Source of the DNA: Daphnia carinata
Lineage: Eukaryota
DNA: 64,000 bases
Assembly (NCBI RefSeq): GCF_022539665.2
Contig: NC_081332.1
Location: 7,750,001-7,814,000, forward strand
Reading direction: 5' to 3'
A model generated the notes under the pieces. That model had not been told where the DNA came from and searched no databases. It worked only from the letters and a program-made list of their open reading frames with translations. A program made the translations under genes and the position numbers. Shown in pieces: positions 26,676-37,273 of the stretch (position 1 is the stretch's first letter; each line of letters begins with the position of its first letter).

Positions 26676-26970
26676 CCCTACTAGCCTTTGTCCGTCCCAG
26701 GGACATCCCATCTACGTCCTGGCTGGCCGATCGGGACGTCCCATTCTGACGGCAGATGTACGTCACCAGAATGTCCTAATGTCCGGTTTTAGGGACGTCC
26801 ACTGGAGGACGTCCTACGGACGTAATTAATTGGAAGTCCTGGTAACGTCCTTATTTGGGAGTACTACGGACGTCCTTAGTTGGCCGTCTGCAGGATGGCA
26901 AATCCGTACGTTCAGTGAACGTACGTATTGGAACATCCGCGGAATGTCCGGATCGCGGCAGCCAAAGGAC
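26676..26970. mobile_element. CACTA/EnSpm-like terminal fragment with GGACGTCC subterminal repeats
   Basis: Begins CCCTACTAGC; many GGACGTCC/ACGTCC palindromic copies. The other end was not identified. Confidence 0.45.
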
Positions 26971-27149
26971 GCAAGAAAATTTGTTTAAATTAAAATAATA
27001 CCATAAATTTTTGGTAATTGATTTACATATCATTTATTTTTACAAAATACAAATAGTTAAACAAAAAATTCAAAAAAAACTTTTTCGATTTGACTTCGGT
27101 AGCAACAGACGAACTAAATCCAGGTAAGCATATTATTTACATTTGTTGT

Positions 27150-28037
27150 ACCGATCAAAAAGCTCTTCAACTTCCGCCAAACAGCGACGATCTTCTTCCT
27201 CATTTTCACGCACAAATTCTTCCAACGGATACTAAAATCACAAGAAATATGAGATCAGGTAATAGTTTGAGCCTAATTGAAATTTTAAAACTAACCTTGT
27301 GGCGAGGGAAGATTCCAATTGGCCAGTCCTTTGTAGGAATGTCCAGTTTATGGACTGGCTTGGTATGAGTCGTGATTAACGTACCAAACGTTCTGTCGTG
27401 GAAAGCGCCTTTTGTAACAGAGCAAAGGCTTTCATTTAATATTGATTCAACATTGTAACGTGTTTCTAAATACCTTTGAAAGACATAAGAGTCAGGTCAG
27501 AAACACCAGGCAATTGGTTCATTACGCAACTCGTCTTCTCCTCTGGGGTATATGACTTATCTCCCCTCTGTTTCCGGTGATACCAAACGAAAATTGCCTT
27601 GTACGCATTTTCGTTTGAGCACGATCCACACGCCATCGTCGTTACCTTTAAATATTTTTTTTATTATTTGCAATAGGTCGGAACAATTAAGGAGCTACAA
27701 CTTACCTCTGTATGGCCTTTGGGAGCAATACGTAACAGAGAATTCTGGACTCGCTGAGGATAATTTTCACCAGGAAATACACCGAGGGCAGGTCGGTTTA
27801 TGAATCTTTGAGAAATATAAATTAAAATTTTGATGTTGCCCAGACAGGTAAATAATCAATTCAATTACGTTCTGATGTTTTCTTTATCTTGACATCTAAT
27901 AATTCAGGGTGGTTGTAACCTAATGGAACTGAAGAGGTTTGAGTGTAAACATCAAGCAGAATATTGCCATCGACATCGTATAAATAGTTTCGTATGCTCT
28001 TCGAATAATCGGCGAACAACTGCACTGCGTCCGAGAT
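27150..28037 (-). pseudogene. ABAT: 4-aminobutyrate aminotransferase fragment, five exons with short GT-AG introns
   Basis: Exons translate to [44 protein letters not shown] / FINRPALGVFPGENY / VTTMACGSCSNENAYKAIF / [29 protein letters not shown] / [24 protein letters not shown]. Both ends are missing and the conserved AFHG reads AFHD. Confidence 0.9.
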
Positions 28038-28384
28038 CTGCAAAGATAAATTTGGTAATTTAAAGTCTTACGACGTTATCACAAAGTATGGCAAATAGTA
28101 TAAAGAAATATGGCAACTGACTTGAATTTTTTTCACTTTTTTTTCGCACTGCTATGCGGCCGTTGCTCAGGCTGCTGTTGTTGCTGATGGAAAAAGTCGA
28201 ATAACTCTGTTGTTTTACTTTGCGGGCCTTTCAACTGCTTCCAAAACTAAGAAAGAAAAAAAAACTCAGGTTTGATGAATGAAAATTACGAACAAGAAAA
28301 ACGAACAACAACATATAATATATAGCATGCAACAAGAATGAACAACATGGAACGAATCCGGGTTTTTACCATCTTTATTCCTGC

Positions 28385-28960
28385 TGGATGTTAGGGTTTG
28401 CCACCTAAGACGATAATAAATTAAGGTAGTTAATAGTTGAAAATGCGTCTAACTGAAATGATAATTAAACAATGGCTCTCAGATACTATCTAGTAGGAAG
28501 ATTATAAAAGTTTTTCAACATTCCAAAAAGTTATAATTATCGAGTACTTTAAATTTTAGATAAATACGAAAGAAATTCACCTGTGGCAATAAGGCACTTG
28601 TCGTAGGTGATGGTAAGGCCGTCATCTAACTCAGCTTTGCGACCAGCAATGTCCAGTTTAACTACATGATGTCCTCGCACAACTGAAACACCACCATCAT
28701 GTTCTTTGGCAACTAATTCCACTGGACTGCAGTAGAATTCATCCTGATCGAAGAACAAGCTGGATCCAAAAATAGGTCACATTCATTAAAATAACGCAAC
28801 ACAAAATTATAACTTTAGACAATCACCTTCACTTTTTTCCGTTCCACTGCTTAAACTTCAGTTTGTTTGACACTTCGGGATCGTCACTGAACCACAATTC
28901 TTACGCGATAGTGGTGGCCTCATGTAAGGCAAGTGGTTTTCTTCACCAATGACTAAGACC
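28385..28960 (-). pseudogene. AIFM1: Mitochondrial apoptosis-inducing factor fragment, three exons, frameshifts and a stop
   Basis: VLVIGEENHLPYMRPPLS..ELWFSDDPEVSNKLKFKQWNGK / FFDQDEFYCSP...GGVSVVRG...ITYDKCLIATG / GKP*. Matches the well-known AIF FAD-domain sequence. Confidence 0.88.
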
Positions 28961-29788
28961 TAGAACAAATGATTCAATTAAAAATGGCGAGATATTTTAT
29001 GGCATGCTTATAAAAGTCCATAAAAGATTCGATGAGTTGTAGCCTTGAACGTGAACGGAAGAACGAAAAGCCTTTAAACCATAAAAATAAAATTAATTTA
29101 GATTCAATTACACATATTTTACCATTCATAGCTGGGTGTGTAGTTGGTTTTCTCCTCAACAACAGAATTGGTTGTCTTGCTTATGTAAATTGAAATCCGT
29201 TAAAGCTCAGTACTTGCATCTTGAGATTAATGTCTTGACGTAACTAACAGCTGTAATGGTGTTATTTCATCTGAACGATAAGAAAAATGATTACATAAAT
29301 TTCACGAACAAAAAACTGTGAACATCTAGATTACCAGAAGGATGATAGTTATAAGGCAGCTAACAAGTTGGTTCCCAAATGGTTCATGGTAAATCCTCTC
29401 TAGTTTCATGATTCTCCTTGAAAGTAACCACCTAAGAAACATTTCGGATTAGTAATCTGTGTCAAATTTCCAAATGCAATTAATAAAATTATGTCTATAC
29501 TTTAAATACCTTTCCTTCCAAGTAAATTTTTTTCTTCTGTGGTGCTAATGCCAACATGAATTTGAAATGTACCAAAACTGCCAAACCTAGGAAATAAAAA
29601 CATTTTAATTTTACTGAAGCTAGCCACTTACCTGTCAAACAAACACCGCTTACAATAAGCAACTTCAACGATTCATAGAACTGTAGGATGTTGACACTTC
29701 GAGCTTGCAACAGTCGTCTGCTTGTAGTAACCGTTGCCATATATATCGTAAAAAACAATATTTTGCGCAAGGGCAAACAGTGTTTTAT

Positions 29789-30472
29789 CATGGTGTATTA
29801 GTAATGGTGGGACAACTCTCCATTTTAAGGCCTATCTCGAATGAAGCTTGTTTTCAGAGGAGGTGGGTGTGGCCTAACTGAGGAGACTTATAGCCAACGC
29901 CACCATCGGAACTATTTACGAACTAGATTATTCGCCAACCACTGAATGGCAAAGAAGGAGATCTACTAGTGTCGCGGCAGAGAGTAATTACAATTAAAGT
30001 GGTCGAATGGATAGAACACTCGACTGCAGTATTGGAGTCTCGATTTCGAACCCAGCATAAATCTGTTTTTTTCTCTTTTCCTAACGTTTTTTTTCACTTT
30101 CCACTGTTTTTCCACACATTTCAATTCTATATTAGTTGCCAATGTTGTTGATTTTTATTTTGTTAAGGAGCGACAAGTACAAACAAGATTTTTTTCCACT
30201 TCTTCCACATTCTATACGAACTAAACATAAAAATACGATAATATAACTACACAAAGGTTAGAAGTTAATTTTGATATGTAACAGGTAATGGGATAATGGG
30301 ACAAGTCCCCGTGTTTGGACTTAGAAAGTTTTTCAAGTAGGTGCAGCCTTTACTTTTTATCAATATCGGCCACTAAGCGTCTCTCACTATAGGTAACCTG
30401 GACCACAAATAGCCTTCAGCCGAGATAGGCCGTTATAACGAAGAGTTGTCCCACCGTTACTAATACACCATG
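29789..30472. mobile_element. Non-autonomous TIR element (MITE), P-superfamily-like
   Basis: ~50-bp imperfect TIRs CATGGTGTATTAGTAA...TTACTAATACACCATG; 7-bp TSD GTTTTAT at 29782-29788 and 30473-30479. Confidence 0.85.
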
Positions 30473-30595
30473 GTTTTATTATGAAATTAACGTTTATTAA
30501 ATTATTTTTATGTAATAATTTTCTTAGTTATCTGTGTATTAAGAGGTACTTATGCGCCCTCCCAAGAATCCTTATTGAGGCACGAAAAAAAAAAA

Positions 30596-33500
30596 GTGAA
30601 TAGTGATAGTTTCATGATCTACATTCAACGGCATCAAATATACGTGTATTCATTGTGAATATAGTGTTATAGAATCAGTTTCATGATCTATATTCAAACA
30701 GCATCAAATATACGTGTATTCAATGTAAATATAGTGTTATAGAATCAGTTTAATGATCTACATTCAAACAGCATCAAATATACGTGTATTCAATCTGAAT
30801 ATAGTTTTATAGAATCAGTTTCAGTATCTACATTCAAACAGCATCAAATATACGTGTATTTAATGTGAATATAGTGTTATAGAATCAGTTTGATGAACTA
30901 CATTCAAACAGCATCAAATATACGTGTATTCAATGTGAATATAGTGTTATACAATCAGTTTCAATATCTACATTCAAACAGCATCAAATATACGTGCATT
31001 CAATGTGAATATATTGTGATACAGGGAGTTTCAATATCTACATTCAAACAGCATCAAATATACGTGTATTCAATGTGAATATAGTGTTATAGAATCAGTT
31101 TCATGATCTACCTTCAAACAGTATCAAATATACGTGTATTCAATGTCAATATAGTGTGATACAGTGAGTTTCATGATCTACATTCAAACAGTATCAAATA
31201 TACGTGTATTCAATATGAATATAGTGTTCTAGAATCAGGTTCATGATCTACATTCAAATAGCATAAAATATACGTGTGTTCAATGTGAATATAGTGTTAT
31301 AGAATCAGTTTCAATATCTACATTCAAACAGCATCAAATATACGTGCATTCAATGTGAATATAGTGTTATAGAATCAGTTTCAATATCTACATTCAAACA
31401 GCATCAAATATACGTGTATTAAATGTGAATATAGTGTTATGAATCAGTTTCATGATCTACATTCAAACAGCATAAAATATACGTGTATTCAATGTGAATA
31501 TAGTGTTATAGAATCTGTTTCAATATCTACATTCAAACAGCATCAAATATACGTGTATTCAATGTGAATATAGTGTTATAGAATCAGTTTCAATATCCAC
31601 ATTCTAAAAGCATCAAATATACGTATATTCAATGTGAATATAGTGTGATTACAGTGAGTTTCAATATCTACATTCAAACAGCATCAAATATACGTGTATT
31701 CAATATGAATATAGTGTGATACAGTGAGTTTCAATATCTACATTCAAATAGCATTAAATTTACGTATATTCAATGTGAATATAGTGTGACACAGTGAGTA
31801 TCAATATCTACATTCAAACAGCATAAAATATACGTGTATTCAATGTGAATATAGTGTTATAGAATCAGTTTCATGATCTACATTCAAACAACATCAAATA
31901 TACGTGTATTCAATGTGAATATAGTGTTATAGAATCAGTTTCATGATCTACATTCAAACAGCATCAAATATACGTGTATTCATTGTGAATATAGTGTTAT
32001 AGAATCATTTTCAATATCTACATTCAAACAGCATCAAATATACGTGTATTCAATGTGAATATAGTGTGATACAGTGAGTTTCAATATCTACATTCAAACA
32101 GCATCAAATATACGTGTATTCAATGTGAATATAGTGTTATAGAATCAGTTTCAATATCTACATTCAAACAGCATCAAATATACGTGTATTCAATGTGAAT
32201 ATAGTGTTATAGAATCAGTTTCAATATCTACATTCAAACAGCATCAAATATACGTGTATTCAATGTGAATATAGTGTTATAGAATCAGTTTCATATCTAC
32301 ATTCAAACAGCATCAAATATACGTGTATTCAATGTGAATATAGTGTGATACAGTGAGTTTCAATATCTACATTCAAACAGCATCAAATATACGTGTATTC
32401 AATGTGAATATAGTGTGATACAGTGAGTTTCAATATCTACATTCAAACAGCATCAAATATACGTGTATTCAATGTGAATATAGTGTGATAGAGTCAGTTT
32501 CAATATCTACATTCAAACAGCATCAAATATACGTGTATTCAATGTAAATATAGTGTTATAGAATCAGTTTCATGATCTACATTCAAACAGCATCAAATAT
32601 ACGTGTATTTAATGTGAATATAGTGTTCTAGAATCAGTTTCATAATCTACATTCAAACAGTATCAAATATACCTGTATTCAATGTTAATATAGTGTGATA
32701 TAGTGAGTTTAATATCTACATTCAAACAGCATCAAATATACGTGTATTCAATGTGAATATAGTGTTATAGAATCAGTTTCAATATCTACATTCAAACAGC
32801 ATCAAATATACGTGTATTCAATGTGAATATAGTGTTATAGAATCAGTTTCATGATCTACATTCAAACAGCATCAAATATACGTGTATTCAATGTGAATAT
32901 AGTGTTATGGAATCAGTTTCAATATCTACATTCAAACAGTATCAAATATACGTGTATTCAATGAATAAATATAGTGTGATACAACATGAGTTTGAATATA
33001 TATCTACATTCAAACAGCATCAAATATACGTGTATTCAATGTGAATATAGTGTGATACAGTGAGTTTCAATATCTACATTCAAACAGCATCAAATATACG
33101 TGTATTCAATGTGAATATAGTGTGATACAGAATGAGTTTCAATATCTACATTCAAACAGCATCAAATATACGTGTATTCAATGTGAATATAGTGTTATAG
33201 AATCAGTTTCAATATCTACATTCAAACAGCATCAAATATACGTGTATTCAATGTGAATATAGTGTGATACAGTGAGTTTCAATATCTACATTCAAACAGC
33301 ATCAAATATACGTGTATTCAATGTGAATATAGTGTTATAGAATCAGTTTCAATATCTACATTCAAACAGCATCAAATATACGTGTATTCAATATGAATAT
33401 AGTGTTATAGAATCAGTTTCAATATCTACATTCAAACAGCATCAAATATACTGTATTCAATGTGGATATAGTGTTATAGAATCAGTTTCATGATCTACAT

Positions 33501-35830
33501 TCAAACAGCATCAAATATACGTGTATTCAATGTGAATATAGTGTGATGGAATGAGTTTCAATATCTACATTCAAACAGCATCAAATATACGTGTATTCAA
33601 TGTGAATATGGTGTGATACAGTGAGTTTTAATATCTACATTCAAACAGCATCAAATATACGTGTATTCAATGTGAATATAGTGTTATAGAATCAGTTTCA
33701 TGATCTACATTCAAACAGCATAAAATATACGTGTATTCAATGTGAATATAGTGTTATAGAATCAGTTTCAATATCTACATTGAAACAGCATCAAATATAC
33801 GTGTATTCAATGTGAATATAGTGTGATACAGTGAGTTTCAATATCTACATTCAAACAGCATCAAATATACGTGTATTCAATGTGAATATAGTGTTATAGA
33901 ATCAGTTTCAATATCTACATTCAAACAGCATCAAATATACGTGTATTCAATGTGAATATAGTGTGATAGAATGAGTTTCAATATCTACATTCAAACAGCA
34001 TCAAATATACGTGTATTCAATGTGAATATAGTGTTATAGAATCAGTTTCAATATCTACATTCAAACAGCATCAAATATACGTGTATTCAATGTGAATATA
34101 GTGTGATAGAATCAGTTTCAATATCTACATTCAAACAGCATCAAATATACGTGTATTCAATGTGAATATAGTGTGATACAGTGAGTTTCAATATCTACAT
34201 TCAAACAGCATCAAATATACGTGTATTCAATGTGAATATAGTGTTATAGAATCAGTTTCAATATCTACATTTAAACAGCATAAAATATACGTGTATTCAA
34301 TGTGAATATAGTGTTTTAGAATCAGTTTCAATGATCTACATTCAAACAGCATCAAATATACGTGTATTCAATGTGAATATAGTGTGATAGAATCAGTTCC
34401 AATATCTACATTCAAACAGCATCAAATATACGTGTATTCAATGTGAATATAGTGTTATAGAATCAGCTTCATAATCTACATTCAAACAGCATCAAATATA
34501 CGTGTATTTAATGTGAATATAGTGTGATACAATAAGTTTCGATATCTACATTCAAACAGCATCAAATATACGTGTATTCAATGTGAATATAGTGTTATAA
34601 AATCAGTTTCAATATCTACATTCATACAGCATCAAATATACGTGTATTCAATGTGAATATAGTGTCATAGAATCAGTTTCAATATCTACATTCAAACAGC
34701 ATCAAATATACGTGTATTCAATGTGAATATAGTGTTATAGAATCAGTTTCAATATCTACATTCAAACAGCATCAAATATACGTGTATTCAATGTGAATAT
34801 AGTGTTATAGAATCAGTTTCAATATCTACATTCAAACAGCATCAAATATACGTGTATTCAATATGAATATAGTGTTATAGAATCAGTTTCATGATCTACA
34901 TTCAAACAGTATCAAATATGTGTATTCAATGTGAATATAGTGTAATAGAATCAGTTTCATGATCTACATTCAAACAGCATCAAATATACGTGTATTCAAT
35001 GTGAATATAGTGTTATAGAATCAGTTTCAATATCTACATTCAAACAGCATCAAATATACGTGTATTCAATGTGAATATAGTGTTTTAGAATCAGTTTCAT
35101 GATCTACATTCAAACAGCATCAAATATACGTGTATTCACTGTGAATATAGTGTTATAGAATCAGTTTCATGATCTACATTCAAACAGCATCAAATATACA
35201 TGTATTCAATGTGAATATAGTGTGATACAGTGAGTTTCATGATCTACATTCAAGCAGCATCAAATATACGTGTATTCAATGTGAATATAGTGTTATAAAA
35301 TCAGTTTCAATATCTTCATTCAAACAGCATCAAATATACGTGTATTCAAAGTGAATATAGTGTGATACAGTGAGTTTCAATATCTACATTCAAACAGCAT
35401 CAAATATACGTGTATTCAATGTGAATATAGTGTTATAGAATCAGTTTCAATATCTACATTCAAACAGCATCAAATATACGTGTATTCAATGTGAATATAG
35501 TGTGATACAGTGAGTTTCAATATCTACATTCAAACAGCATCAAATATACGTGTATTCAATGTGAATATAGTGTTATAAATTCAGTTTCATGATCTACATT
35601 CAAACAGCATTAAATATACGTGTATTCAATGTTAATATAGTGTTATAGAATCAGTTTCATGACCTACATTCAAACAGCATCAAATATACGTGTATTTAAT
35701 GTGAATATAGTGTGATACAGTGAGTTTCAATATCTACATTCAAACAGCATCAAATATTCCTGTATTTAATGTGAATGTGAATATAGTTAATTTTAATGTG
35801 AATATAGTGTGATACAGTGAGTTTCAATAT
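30596..35830. repeat. 70-bp satellite, block 4
   Basis: Same unit. Confidence 0.97.
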
Positions 35831-36212
35831 TGTCACACTGGACTTTACTTTGTTAATGAATTGTATTGAATTTAAAAGGGGAAAATACAAAACATAGCAA
35901 ACATAAAGAATAACCACTTTTCTACTTAACTTCGAACGTGAAGAGAACTGTAGGAGGACTTGAAGGGAACTTAAGAACTTCAGAGCTGAGAAGAACTAAC
36001 TTAGGGCTAAAAATGTAGGGGTTTTTATACCCTTCGTGAAGAATATACGCCCCGTCTCTAGGGTTACATGAATTCTAGGGATAACTATCTTTTACTACTT
36101 ATTGGCGTGTTGCAGCATCCTTTTCAAGAGAAGCTGCATTGTACGCCATTCAAACGTTGGTTGTCACGTCTTTTCAGAAATGACAATCACGTCACTATTT
36201 CCCCTTGCGACA
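35831..36212 (-). repeat. Gypsy-B 3' LTR
   Basis: TGTCACA...GCGACA; flanked by the PPT at 36213-36226. Confidence 0.96.
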
Positions 36213-36607
36213 GGTCCCCCTTCTTCAAGACAGGCGACCCGACTGTACTGATAATCATTAGAAGGTAATCAAGGACATAAACAAATGGTGGGGAAACCCG
36301 TGATTTTCCAAAATTCATCATAAGCTATAGTAATGAGAAAGCATACAAAAGAGCGAGGTCGCTTTATTAAGGTAAAGGAAGGACTATAGTAAAAGTCAAG
36401 CATACGATAAAGCGCGGTCGCTTTAGAGAGGTTATTGAGCTTTTATCGAAAAGGCTAGCGCTACGGAAGGGATACAAGAATAAGAAAGACGGCTATAATT
36501 AGTAATCCACTTAAAGGTGTGAAAAAAGGTAAACTTCAACGTTATGATGTGTAAGAAATTCAACTGCTGCCTTCCGTCTTTAGTTCGTTTCTTGCTTCAG
36601 CCAAAAA

Positions 36608-37154
36608 ATGTTCACACTTGATTTCATTCTTCAAAATCTTCGCTTTTTTGAAAGCGCTCTTGCGAGTTTCAGTGACGGGAACTTTCCTAGTTATAGGAAC
36701 TGGTTTGGTCGTTTTTCTCCATACGACCGTGCGGAGTTTTTGGACATCTACGCAAGAGTGTGTCAAGATAACATTGTTCTTGGTTATCCCTTATTCGTCT
36801 CGTCTCCATGGGCTGATGACTATTACTACAGGTAGTAATCTTTTTTGATTGTTTTTTTTTTAGTTCCACACTAACGTTTCTCTCTTCTTTTTTAGCACAT
36901 ATCCTGGGTATGCAAAATACAGAGACCATTTTTCACATTTTCATGCCCGTTTTCTTTGGTGGGTGGAGTCCGATGAGGACATCTACCATCCAACTCCTCG
37001 CCGCTCTGATTTTTACAGAGAGGTGACGCAAGCTGAAGTGCAAGCCAGGGTAGACGCTCGGCTTGTTTGGCTTGATGTTTTGAACGCTCAAGCAGAGGAA
37101 CATGAAGCTGAAAACCACTATTTTTTAGATTATCCCGTTAACCGAGGAGCATAA
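36608..37154 (+). CDS. Predicted two-exon antisense gene of Gypsy-B (exons 36608-36831 and 36896-37154; 160 aa), unknown function
   Basis: ATG start. The 64-bp intron has AG|GTAGTA...CTAAC...pyrimidine tract...TTTAG|C, and splicing joins two ORFs in frame. Exon 1 resembles ORF 61139-61375. Confidence 0.7.
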
Positions 37155-37204
37155 TTGTACATTTTTTGTTCTTTGACAATACACTTTTTTCACTTTTAAC
37201 ACAG

Positions 37205-37247
<43 letters not shown>

Positions 37248-37273
37248 CACTTTATCACTAAACAATTTTGTTT

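Noticed and set aside
28488..28498. CTAGTAGG as the partner end of the CCCTACTAGC terminus
   Set aside because: Only an 8-bp match, inside an AIFM1 intron, with no GGACGTCC subterminal repeats.
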